NCBI GenBank assembly: GCA_965113315.1
Contig: OZ220365.1
Source: Podarcis vaucheri
Lineage: Eukaryota
Direction: 5' to 3' (one strand)
DNA: 64,000 nucleotides
A program made the translations under genes and the position numbers. Within the stretch, counting starts at the first letter, position 1. Every line of letters starts with the position of its first letter. Below are positions 1 to 11,040 of this stretch, piece after piece. The notes under the pieces were generated by a model that did not search any database, had not been told where the DNA came from, and was given only the letters and a program-made list of their open reading frames with translations.

Positions 1-111
1 ACTGAACCCCATGGGAAAACGGCTAGTGTTAGGAAAGCACTGGTGCCACTGTATCACACGGTGAACAAAAGGGAGAGCGACAAAGGGGTTAAGCCAAGGA
101 TGCCTAGTAAC

Positions 112-240
112 CTCAAATTCCACCATGGCTTTCTTCATGCTTTCCACATCAAATATCATCTTGATAAGGTCCTGGACTGCCTTAGGAAGCTTGGATTTGG
201 TTCCTGCACTCACGGTCAGCTTCTTCACTGCTTCTTCATC
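112..240 (-). CDS. PARP1: PARP1 exon 14 (start of helical regulatory domain)
   Basis: Hand-translated [43 protein letters not shown]; CCATAG / GTTACT; 129 nt. Confidence 0.97.
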
Positions 241-1211
241 CTATGGAGGGGGGGGGGAAGACCACCAATATCTGTTTACACGTGCAGAGATTCTGAAGCA
301 AGAATGGATTCTGATTAAATACTCCAAGTTGAAGATGTTCATGCAGTTTTCTAGTGATCTTATAGCGCAGGCATTTCCACCCCACCCCAAAGCATTTAAA
401 GCAAAATCCTAACACTGTGTTTTGAATCAACTGGTTCAATAGATATATTTTTTCTGTAAAAGAAATAAGATTGATTTCCAGTTGCGTCCAATTAATTTCC
501 CAAAATTCAGGGATTCCTTTTTAAAAAACACCACGAATTTTATTAATCTAGATTTCCAAGATAGCCTACAAAAGAGAACCATAAAACAAATATAAAACAG
601 ATCAAAAACATCAGAAACAAAAGCAGTTATTGTAGCAACAGTAAAAATACAAAAAGCAGTAGATATAAAATCAGTTAAAATCCTGGGCAATCTCCCCCCA
701 CCCCCAATGCTTGGGAAATTCAAGTCCAGAGCTAGTACGTTTGCATATTATTATTATTATTAGTATTAGTAGTTCTTGTCTGTTTGTATATAGCAAAATC
801 ATTGATATTTGCCGGTAGCATATATTTTAAAACTATATTTCTATAGCATGGGATTAACAATAGGTAAACAACAGTGAATGTTACAAGCCCTTATGGTTGC
901 CAAAAGACTTCTACTTCCAGCCTGGCTAGATAAACGCCCCCTGTCCATTACACAGCTGTCTGAGGACCTCATTGTCCTTGCAACATCTGAAGCTGTTTTT
1001 TTAAAAAAATGAATTTATTTTTTAATAAATTTTGTGTGGGTACCTATTTCAACAGCTGTGGGTCTTATATCGACTCAAATGTTTAATTTTAGATGGAAGT
1101 TCACACATGCACATTTGTGTTAAAAACCTGCTGTTTGGACTTCTCATAAGTATTTCCTCCTTGCGTGATCTTTGATACAGTTGCGATTTTAAACAGGGTC
1201 ACCCAAGTTAC

Positions 1212-1407
1212 CTGCCCATAGTCTATTTCCAGAGGATAGAATTTTTTGGGATATTTAGTGAAATTCTTGGAATGCCACGAGTTGCCCGTCTTTTCCTCAT
1301 ACAGATTCAGGAAGTGCTCAATGGCTTCTTCTTTCGATGGCATCTGCTCTAGCTTGTTGCTTCCAATGACTGTGCCAACACGTCCCCAAGAGCGGAATAC
1401 CCAGTAT
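1212..1407 (-). CDS. PARP1: PARP1 exon 13 (WGR)
   Basis: (R)[65 protein letters not shown]; TTTAG / GTAACT; 196 nt. Confidence 0.98.
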
Positions 1408-2351
1408 CTAAATTCAGAGGGAAAGGGGAGAAATTGGCAGGCGGAATCAACCTCGATGGTTTTCTCCATACATTGCTGGACCACAACTCCCATCATCTCT
1501 TAACATCCTGGCTGGGGCAGAGATATTTCCTGCATAAGAGTTTCTTCAGAACTCAAACAGCACACTTTGAACTGTACACAGCTTTTGATCGAGTGTAACA
1601 ACAAAGGCAGATGCTGAACAAAGGAAAGAACAATCTTGATAGGCTTGCTTGATGTCACTCAAGACAGATAAGATTGTCTACAAAGGGGTTTGAAGGTAAG
1701 GAAACTAAACAGTTTTTTCTGGGCAGAAAATAAATCTGACATTTCCATCAAAGTCAAAAGTAAATTAAAAAAGGACAGTGACCATTTCCCCTTGCTGCTG
1801 GGATTTAAGGTTAAGTTGATTCAGGTTTCTGGCTCTCCATTTTGTTTTACTTTTTTTTAACCTGTTCTTGTGATCTGCCTTGCTCCTTCCAGCCCAACTG
1901 ATGAGGGCCTGAAAGGTAGGATAGGAACACTTTAATCAATCAATTCACAACAGCAGCAATAGGGGGTCCTCCTGACTTTGTTGTGCCGGTTTAAAACCAA
2001 CAGTAAGACAAAAACCTTTTTATTAAACTTCAAACATAAATGGCACAGACTAACTCTTGTGTTTGCATTCAAGTCCATGCCATAAAATAACTCTGTTACA
2101 TCTTCAAAGGAGACACAGACAGGACTAAGGGTGCTGCCCTATGCAAGTATCAGCAGAGAGAGCCACCTAGTTCAATAGGATCTACTCCAAGGTAAGTGTG
2201 TAGAGAACTTAGGAACCCCCCTGCTGGATCAGACCAAAGGTCTATCTTTTGTTCAAGTCTCGCAAAAAAAATATGATTCAAACAGAGGAGCCAAGCAGGA
2301 GAAAAATGAGCAACACACTTTCTATTTGGGAAGGGAGGAAGAAAAGCAAAC

Positions 2352-2484
2352 CTGATTTCTCGGTCATCTTCCAACAGCTGAAGCTTGTAATACGAATTTG
2401 TTCCTTTAGTAATATCTACCAGCCCAAGAGTAGCACTGAAGATTTTACCACCTTTTTCAAAGACATGGGCAGAATCTTCCAAGC
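2352..2484 (-). CDS. PARP1: PARP1 exon 12 (WGR N-part)
   Basis: (G)[43 protein letters not shown]; TTACAG / GTTTGC; 133 nt. Confidence 0.97.
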
Positions 2485-2863
2485 CTGTAAAAAAAAAGGC
2501 AGTCAACCATAGACAGGGGGAAACACATTTGACCCTTATCCAAATTATTGTTTTAACTTGAACACATAGCACAGAGATGCTGAAATACATCCCCCCTCCC
2601 TTTCCCTGAAGCACACCTAGAGACATTTCAAAGGGGCTTCTCGACACATGGAATTTATTTACTTATGGTGTTCTACAACCTGTCCCCAAACCGTAAAAGG
2701 CCAGAGTGGTTGCACCCTTTTAGAAGTTGTGAAGAGGGAATTTCAGCTTACTATGCAAACTGCACTTGCTGAAATTCCCTCTTCTGGACAACTATTCAAG
2801 GTGCAAAAGTGTAGGAGTCCTGTCACCTTCTGGCAACCCTAAAGTAGATGTAGAAATGGTCAC

Positions 2864-2932
2864 CTGAATCGGGATCCACAGCAGCTCCTCCTTTAACTGT
2901 CAGCTTCATCTTCTTTTCCGCTTTGCTCGTTC
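2864..2932 (-). CDS. PARP1: PARP1 exon 11
   Basis: Hand-translated (G)[22 protein letters not shown]; ATCCAG / GTGACC; 69 nt. Confidence 0.97.
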
Positions 2933-3156
2933 CTGGATCAGGAGAGGGAGAGATGCAGTGTTAAGCTGTATTTTATAGTGTTGTAAATTCCACCTCCACA
3001 ATTCTGTGATTCTAAGTCTTCCCTCCACTAATCACCTCCTTAATTTCAGGAGTGAACCCCAAAACTGGCTGCTAGGATGAGGTCTACCCTGAATGTAACA
3101 AATGACAAATGCCAAGAACAGTAGTAAAAAAATTGGGAGTCCCGTGGTTTTTTCAC

Positions 3157-3399
3157 CTTGCTCTTCTTTGACCTTCCCGGTACTTTTCGCGTTTGACTGT
3201 CCACTGGATTTTCCTCCCACGGGAACCGCGTTGTGCTCCTGCTTAACTTCAGCGCCCCAGGGAGAAAGAGAATGGAGCGAAAGCAGCTCCTGAAAACCCT
3301 TGCTGGAGGACTGCACATCCTGGAGAAATTCCTCAGAGACAACGCGCACCTGAGCCTCCTTCACTTCTTCCATTTTCTTGTTCATTTTCTCAACCTCTT
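3157..3399 (-). CDS. PARP1: PARP1 exon 10 (BRCT C-half and automodification linker)
   Basis: (K)[28 protein letters not shown]...[36 protein letters not shown]; TTCCAG / GTGAAA; 243 nt. Confidence 0.97.
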
Positions 3400-3708
3400 C
3401 TGGAAAAGGGAAGCAGAGCATGCTGTGCCATTGTTCTTGCGATTTTCTTGCCCATGCAAGTTATTTTAACTTATGAACCACTTCCCACGAAACATCCCAA
3501 AACAATTACCAACAAAGACACTGATAGCACACAACAACCATAAAACTTATAAAAACCAATTTCAAGCCCAACGCAGATACTGACCAGCATAAGACTCTCT
3601 TGGACATCACTAGGCACCAAAAAGACAATAAGAGGTGCTCATCTGATATGTAATAGGAGGGCGTTTCAAAGGGTAGGTGGCACCACAATAACATCCCAAT
3701 GCCTGAAC

Positions 3709-3978
3709 TAGGGCTAGAAGTTATCTGGTTTTCAACGTGATATATCACCAGCTAAATGCTGTGATATACTGATATATCACAATGTCTGAAATAAGGATGG
3801 AGCTATATAGAGGCATTGGGTGGCTTCACGGTTTTTCCCACATTGTGATTTTTGCACACAATGCACCACACACATGGTGATTCGCGATATATTTCCAGGT
3901 CAAAAATGATGAAACCAATATCACGATAGGGGCTTCAAATTGGCTTTAGACAATATATCAATCTATTGCCCAGTCCTA
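3709..3978. mobile_element. hAT-type MITE
   Basis: Ends TAGGGCT...AGTCCTA; imperfect 8-bp TSD gcctgaac/gactgcac; a related head sequence occurs at about 12512. Confidence 0.55.
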
Positions 3979-4093
3979 GACTGCACTGTACTTCTTCTTT
4001 TCATATTAACTAGTTACCTCATCTAACGTCACCCTCTTCTCCTACTGGGAGTCTCCCTGTTTCTTAACACCGCCCATTAAGAGCATTACTCAC

Positions 4094-4234
4094 TTTGTGA
4101 GCTGATGCACAGATCAGCTTTGTTCACAGTAGCCGTCACCTTTCCTCCAAGTTCCTCAATGACAGACTTGATTTCATCCTTGTTCTTCGACAGTTTTCCA
4201 ACGATCAAAATCTTCATGCTACTTAACGGTTTAC
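4094..4234 (-). CDS. PARP1: PARP1 exon 9 (BRCT N-half)
   Basis: (G)[46 protein letters not shown]; TGCCAG / GTGAGT; 141 nt. Confidence 0.97.
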
Positions 4235-4879
4235 CTGGCAGTTCAAAGGTAAACACAGACTGTGTGATGTACAGAAGAAACACAGGAGACACAAAAAAAC
4301 TGTGAACATATTGAGAACCCCCCCACACATCAAGGTTACCCAAATTTTAAGAAAATGTGTATGAATTGCTTAATTTATAGAGTTTATTACATGAAGTTAC
4401 ATGAAGGTCAAGTTCTTAATCACCACCAAGACTTTGCCTGGCACTGCCTACAAGCATTAAAACTTGTGTTTGCATCATGCAGGCCTCTTTCCACCTCCAC
4501 CCCCCCCCCCGGCCTAAAGCCTTCCATATGTTTTGGATTACAACTCCCATCATCCTTTACCATTGGCTGATGGAAGTTGTAGTCTAGCATGTGATGGGCA
4601 CCAGGGTTGGGGAAGAGTGTTGTAAGTTGTTAGTTTGGAGCTTCCCAAACTGTGTGTCACGACATGTTAAAAGAGAGTCAGCTGCAGTCTGTAGGTGTGC
4701 CATATGAACACTCCCTGCACTTCTCCTGGGGCTCGAAAAAGGGCTTAGTTTAACCTCCAGTTTGCTGGAAGAACTGAATTACTGTTTCGCGAAATGTCTC
4801 AAAAGTGAGTCACCAACAGGAAAAGTTTGGAAAGCTCTTGTGTTAGTTGATATTAGGGGGCTTATTATGCTCCAGTTAG

Positions 4880-4894
4880 CCAGTAGGTGGCAGC
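4880..4894 (+). promoter_or_regulatory. Candidate CTCF motif
   Basis: CCAGTAGGTGGCAGC fits the CCASYAGRKGGCRS core. Confidence 0.5.
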
Positions 4895-5027
4895 AAGAGG
4901 ACAGAAAAAGGCCATTTCTGCCCTGTGCTTTCCTCACTCCTTTCAGCCAATTCTGCAAACATTTTGGAAACTTTTCTTCATCAAATCAGTTTCTCTTTAG
5001 TATGAACAACGCCTGCAGGTTATTTAC

Positions 5028-5169
5028 CTGCTGGTGCAGCTGAGTTCTCTGTAATATGGGTAGCAACTGTTGGAGGAAGTGCTGAGTTTTCAGAGGCAGC
5101 CTCTGGAGGGAATGCTCTATCCTGCTTCTTAAATTTGAATTTCTTTAGATAAGCAATTTCTCGGAACTC
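5028..5169 (-). CDS. PARP1: PARP1 exon 8 (ZnF3-BRCT linker)
   Basis: Hand-translated EFREIAYLKKFKFKKQDRAFPPEAASENSALPPTVATHITENSAAPA; ACGCAG / GTAAAT; 142 nt. Confidence 0.95.
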
Positions 5170-5357
5170 CTGCGTTTTGGGTAAGAAAAGTTAACACACG
5201 TGAGAAGATCCCACAGGCTACTACAATGATCAAAATCAACTTAATTCAGAGAATAATATTTGCTATTGTGAAGATTCCTCTGCACTACTAGAGGCCTGCT
5301 TCTCTCCAGTAAATGTAATTCACCCTAGACTTGAAGCCACACACAATTTCTTTCAAG

Positions 5358-5799
5358 GGGTTTGGGAGCTGCACAGTCAGGTGAAAAACAATGCTGTCCA
5401 GGGTTGTAAAGACTGCGGAGAGAATAACTGGGTGCACTCTTCCCACCTTGGATCAAATCTATGCTTCCAGGTGCCATAAGAAAGCTGCAGAGATAGCGCA
5501 GGATAGTGCGCACCCCGGAAATGATCTCTTTCAGCTTCTGCCTTCTGGAAGAAGGTTATAAAGACTAGGACTAGCCGCCTGAGAAACAGTTTCTATCCAA
5601 ATGCAATTTTGGTTTTAAACACAGTGTAAGGAGTCTCTATGGGAGTATATTGTATTTAAAAATGGGGTATCAGAGTTTTTAGGGGGCTAACCAGGTTGGG
5701 ATAGCAGGCTTGTTTGGTTTTTGAATGTCTTATGTAGATTTTTCAATGTCATTGTTCTGTATGGGACAATGACAATAAAGATCATCGTATCGTATCGTA
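5358..5799 (+). mobile_element. Rex1/Babar-type LINE 3' fragment
   Basis: Hand translation MLSRVVKTAERITGCTLPTLDQIYASRCHKKAAEIAQDSAHPGNDLFQLLPSGRR / IKTRTSRLRNSFYPNAILVLN (frameshifted) matches the Rex1 C-terminal HP..LF.LLPSGRR..NSF.P motif; AATAAA plus (TATCG)n tail. Confidence 0.85.
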
Positions 5800-6169
5800 A
5801 ATACATTTTTGCTTAGAATTCCCCTCTGCATTCCGAACTCAGTGGAGGGGGGGGGAGGTTTTGCTGGGAATCTAGGCTGCACCCCCGTTACCCATCCCAG
5901 ACAGGGCTCTAACCATTTCTGCTTAATAAAACCAAAAATTCCCGCGTTTGTAATGGCAGCATAGCCCAGCAGGCTGATTTACTGCAAGCTTGCTCTTTCT
6001 TACAATAAAGCACTGGAACAGATCGTGCCGGAGTTTTGGACGCCCTCCTTTGGCATCCTTGCGTCAAGCCACTCGAGTACACAGGCTCCCCTTGGGAATC
6101 GCTTAGATGCATTTGACCAACCCTGGGCCAACCAAAGCAAGCCTGGCTCTGCCAACTGTGGAAAAAATA

Positions 6170-6668
6170 CCGTATTTTTCACCCTATAGGACGCACTTTT
6201 TCCCCTCCAAAAATGAAGGGGAAATGTGTGTGCGTCCTATGGGGCGAATGCAGGCTTTTGCTGAAGCCTGGAGAGCGAGAGGGGTCGGTGCGGAAGCTAT
6301 CCGCAAGCCGTGGGAGAGCTGCACAACTTTGCGCAGCTCTCCCATGGCTTGGGGAGAGCTGCCTGCACCCCGAAGCCTGGGGGGCACTGAGCTCAGCACG
6401 CCCCCAGGCTTCGGGCTTAGCGCAGCTCTCCCACCACTAGCGGAGAGCTTGCCTGCACCCAGAAGCTTGAGGAGCGCTGAGGTCAGCACGCCCCAAGCTT
6501 CGGGCTTCGCGCAGCTTCCGCAGCCTAGGGAGACATCCGCAGCCTGCTGCCCGGAGCGCGCTGAAGCCGCAGCTGGGGGGGGAAATAATTTTTTTCTTTA
6601 CTCCCCCCCCCAAAAAAAACCTAGGTGCGTCCTATGGGCTGGTGCGTCCTATAGGGCGTAAAATACAG
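6170..6668. mobile_element. Tc1/mariner-pogo-type MITE with internal GC-rich tandem units
   Basis: TIRs CCGTATTTTTCACCCTATAGGACGCAC / GTGCGTCCTATAGGGCGTAAAATACAG; TA on the left; a related copy starts at about 20785. Confidence 0.8.
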
Positions 6669-6954
6669 CACTCCTAGAGATGGAGAGAGGAAGGGATGGA
6701 AAAACGAGAGAAGTATCTGTCTCTTCCTTTCTCTCCTAACCCCCAAGGCTATTGCTGAAGATGGAGCGAGGCAGCTGTGCGTGGGACAGAGCCAGTCCAA
6801 TTTCTCCGGTCCAGCCCAAACCTATTTTCATCAGAATGATGGTGAGGGAGGCAGGAGAAGGGATGACAGTACTGGGCAGCACATGGAGACTGTTTGTTTG
6901 TGTAGCTATTAAATAAATGAAAATATGCAGTTAAAAACATGATGCACTGCCTAC

Positions 6955-7131
6955 CTTTGGGATTACCCAGTCTTTCCTTTTGGGAGTCTGCGTCTTGGCA
7001 ACACACTTGGTCCAACCGGTGATGTAGCGTGTACAGTAGTAAGCGTCGCCCTTGAACACAAACTGCCCTTTGCACTCCTCGCAGGGCAGCAGAGCCCCAA
7101 AGGCCATGCCATCTGCAACACAGTCCAAGAT
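6955..7131 (-). CDS. PARP1: PARP1 exon 7 (ZnF3 zinc ribbon)
   Basis: [59 protein letters not shown]; four Zn-ligand Cys present; TTTTAG / GTAGGC; 177 nt. Confidence 0.97.
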
Positions 7132-7259
7132 CTAAAAAAGCCATGAAAAGACAAGGGGAAAAAAAGAAAGAAGGAAAAGAGGAAGTATTTATTGCACCAT
7201 ACTACTCATAGATCACCAACTCAGGACCTCACTCTGCAGCAAGATGGCCTGCAGCTATA

Positions 7260-9564
7260 CAGTGGTACCTCGGGTTAAGTACTTAATTTGTTCTGGAGGT
7301 CCGTTTTTTTTAAATTAATATTTATTGCTTTTAAAAGTTACAAAAAAGTAGAAGAAAGAGAGAACAGACAAAAAAGAAAAAAGAAAAAAGACAAAAAACA
7401 AAAACAATACAATATATAAACAATACAAACCCACCCTAAACCCATTAAACTAAACACATAAACAAATCAAGACAAAAACAATTTAAAAACATCCCTCCTT
7501 TTCCATACTCTGTCCTTCATTCCCTTGTTTCCTCGACTTCCTCACACCTCCCTTCTTGTATCCCACTTCTAGTACTTGTTTCAGCAAATCCTTTCCATCT
7601 TTCTCTATTTTCTGTCATATTATAAATAACATATTCTTTAACCTTATTTCCCATTAAAGGTAAATTACTTATATACACCCAACTTCTTATAGCATTTCTG
7701 CTAAATCCATAAAATATCATTCCACCCTTTTTCTAACAGTCATTACTTTAACAAAATTTCTAAATAAACACTTTAAATTTTCCAGTAATCTTCCACTATC
7801 TCCTCTCCCTGGCTTCGGATTCTGCCAGTCCTTTCCGTCAGTTCCATATAATCCATCAACCTGGTGTTCTTATATCCGAGGCTCTTAAATCTCTTCCAAG
7901 TCCCTTCTGCAGGTCTTCTTCATATTCTTTGATGCTCAGGAGCAAATCTCGGGAAAACTCCAGCCTAGCAGTACTTTTGTTCCTTCTGGACAGTTCAGCC
8001 AAATTTCCAAAGTTAAAAATAAAGTCCATAGAGTGTTTCAGAACGTATTTCAGGATTCCTCCAATTCTAGCGACCCCCAAAACTTCAAGCTCCTCCAAAC
8101 CCAGGTCTATGTCCCAAAAGTCAGTCAATCCCTGAATAGAGGGTTCTTTCCAACTTTCCTTCTTCAATCCAAGCCGGGATCCTAGCCTCAAAATTTGACT
8201 TTTGCTAGATTCAGTCATGAAAGACCTCAATTTATAATCCTCAATTTGCTTCTGAGAAATTAAGGATCCCGCTTGTACTACTTTTGGTTTCACACCAAGA
8301 TATGTTCCTGTACCAAATCCTGAATTGTTTCTGTATTGGCACTCACTTTTTGACTCAAATTAATCACGTTCTGTTCCAAGTTGTCAATTTTAGGGATCGT
8401 GTCATCTGTCTTTTTATGGAGCTGTTCCAGCGAGTAGTTTATCTTGTATAATACTGTCACAATAGCTTCTCCTATTAACATTTTGAATGATCCAAGGTCA
8501 GACTCTAGTTTTCAGAATCTTATCTTGCAGCTGGGGATCTTCCTGTTGCACTCCTGTAACAGTTTCACATGGTCCCTCTAGAGGGAAACAGTCTCCGTTT
8601 GTAGAAAATTCTTTCAAGCACCACTCAAGCAAATAACAATAGTTTCAATTTTCGGTTACTTTTTCCTCCATTTTTAAACGCATAAGAGGACAATGGAAAC
8701 AGTGCCTTTCTTATTTTAGCTAGCTGTCAAATCCGTTCTGTCAATAAACATTCCCCGAACGTCATCTGGCAGCCCTTTTCCAGGTTCAGAGCAGTGGCAA
8801 TTTGATTTTCACTTTCTTCTGCAGGCACACTAGATCCAAAACTTCCCCCCTCTTCTCCTGCTTCCAAGAGGGGTTATATATTTTGTCCGGTAGGAATTTA
8901 ATCCTTTATCAAAAGCTTTCAAAGACTTTAGCTTGTAACGTCTTTGCTTCAATCGATTTACACTTCCGGGTTGGCGCCTACGGCAATGGCGGAGCTCCTC
9001 CGATCGGGAGGAACTTGCTCCGTGAAAAGCAGAGTCTGACCGCCACAGTGAAGGCGGAGACCCATAGAAATCACAGGCGGGAGAAGCCTGTGAACCTGGG
9101 ATTCGGCTGGCACCCTTTGCGCCTCCCCTACTCGCGGGGAAACCCTGTTTTGGGGATCCGGAGCAACGTGGGGTGAGCGGCGCGGCGCTTTGAATCGACC
9201 GCTTCTTTCACGGAGTGAAGCTGCATTGGTGTTGCCGGAGAGCGCTGACTTTTTACTGTGGACAATTGGATTTTAAACGACTACCCGTGAGTAGAACGGA
9301 GAATTGGATCTTGAAACACTTTAATTTGGTGCCGAAGCGGGAAGGCTCTAAACAGGAAGTCCGCCTCCTGTTCTGGAGGTCCGTTCTTAACCCGAAACTG
9401 TTCTTAACCTGAAGCACCATTTTAGCTAATGGTCCTCCTGCTGCCGCCGCGCCACCAGAGCACGATTTCTGTTCTCATCCTGAAGCAAAGTTCTTAACCT
9501 GAAGCACTATTTCTGGGTTAGTGGAGTCTGTAACCTGAAGCGTATGTAACCTGAGGTACCACTG
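7260..9564. mobile_element. Tigger/mariner-type MITE split by a nested retro-insertion (MITE parts 7260-7303 and 9369-9564)
   Basis: TA-CAGTGGTACCTCGGGTTA ... TAACCTGAGGTACCACTG-TA; the two parts reassemble into the ~225-bp family seen at 31349, 44130 and 55407. Confidence 0.9.
7304..9368 (-). mobile_element. Internally deleted, non-autonomous L1-derived retroelement (HAL1-like layout), ~2.07 kb
   Basis: 15-bp TSD TGTTCTGGAGGTCCG (7289-7303, 9369-9383); poly(A) at 7304-7311 and AATAAA at 7321-7326; CpG-rich 5' region; broken coiled-coil ORF1-like frames at 7856-8481; ORF2 C-terminal remnant LMDYMELTERTGRIRSQGEEIVEDYWK homologous to the L1 end at 47020-47183. Confidence 0.85.
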
Positions 9565-10769
9565 TACATCTTTCCAAGTCTGGGACTCATGGGGCAGAAG
9601 ACGTCAATGCTATTCCGGATTGTACAGTACTTTGCTTTCCTGAAAGGAAGCTGCTGGGTCCGAAAGACCACAGTTTGGGAAGGCAATCTGCTGCAGGTCA
9701 AAAACCTGAAAGCTTTCATTGGCATTGAGGATGAGGAACCTGGGGCTCTTCCAATGCTTTTGAGACTCCAACTTCCATCAGTCCCAGTCAGCATGGCCAG
9801 GAGTCGGGTAGGATGGGAGGTGCAGTTTAGCAATAACTGGAGGGCCAAACGTTCCTCATTCCCAGTCTAGAACCGCACAGAGCCTCTCAGTGGGCATGTT
9901 GGGAGAAGCATGGAAATCACACCTACAATTTAGGAGGGAAGAAATCAAGCGCTGCCGATGCAGAGGCTGCAACACGTCTTATACTGTGGAGGAGGGAGCC
10001 CCCCTCTTAGCATCTCTCTTAGAATATTTTTATGACAGCAAGTTGTGTTTTTAATATTGTGTTTTATTAGTGTAATCCACTCTGGGACTTTAGGGTGAAG
10101 GGCAGGTAATCAATAAACAGTAATGATAATAACTGTGGAATGCTTTCCTCAGGGAGGCTCACCCAGTGCCTTCATCACATATCTTTAGGCGCTAGGCTAA
10201 TACGTTTCTCTATAACCAGAGCTTTGGCTGATTAAACTTTCTTTGGCTTTTAAAATATTTGTGGGAGGTGGGTTACTGTGTGTTTTTTATTATCACCATG
10301 TATTTTGTGTTGTCATTTTGTGTTTCTATGAACCTCCCAGGGTGGATACAAATCAATGATCTAAAAATAAAATAAAATTGGATTTTAAAAATAAAATGCT
10401 TTTGTAGGAAAAATCTTTTTAAAGATAGTTTTCTATTTATGTTACATTATAGTCCAAAGGCTTTAAGGTTTTAAGTTTTTCATGTGTGCTAAAACTCAGT
10501 CTAAGAAAATTTATTATTCCAAAAATGAAACTTTCCTCTGGTTCTAAATATTAACATTATACCAGCAAGAATGAGTCTTCCCTTAAAAAATGATTTAAAT
10601 CAAATCCACCCTGGAATTGCCCTGTGGTCTCTGAATGAAAGTCAGTATGCAACAATAATAAATGATGATAATGATAATGATAATGGTAATGGTAATGATA
10701 ATGATAATGAACAAGCATAATGATCATCTGGCATATTCTATTTGCTCTTTATTTTGAAACTGATAATAG

Positions 10770-11040
10770 TACAGGCACCTCAGAGGGCAGGAGATTGAAC
10801 CAGCGGTTGGAAATTGTAATGAAGTAGTTTTTGGCTAAACATTAAAAGAACATTCCCAACGAGCTGTTCAGCAGTAGAACAGACTGTCTCAGGAGGCGGT
10901 GGGCTCTCCTTTGCTGGAAATATTTAAGCAGAGGCTGGACAGTCATGTCAGGGACAGCGTGGCTGATTCCTACATGGCAGGCCTTGGACTAAGCTGTGGG
11001 CTAGGAGAGGTGACCTCCTAGCTCCCTTCCAGCTCTACAA
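10770..11040 (+). mobile_element. Old CR1 3' fragment
   Basis: Degenerate match to the CR1 3' end at 49242-49670 (ctaaacatta..aagaac, gctgttcagcagt, tttaagcagaggctggac). Confidence 0.7.

Noticed and set aside
1898-1918. CTGATGA-GGGCCT-GAAA-GGTA hammerhead-like string
   Set aside because: No workable stem II, no palindromic or looped stem III, no stem I and no PLE context; likely chance. The same applies at about 32895-32912.
6107-6661. 184-aa plus-strand ORF
   Set aside because: Lies within a GC-rich MITE with tandem units; no transposase motifs.
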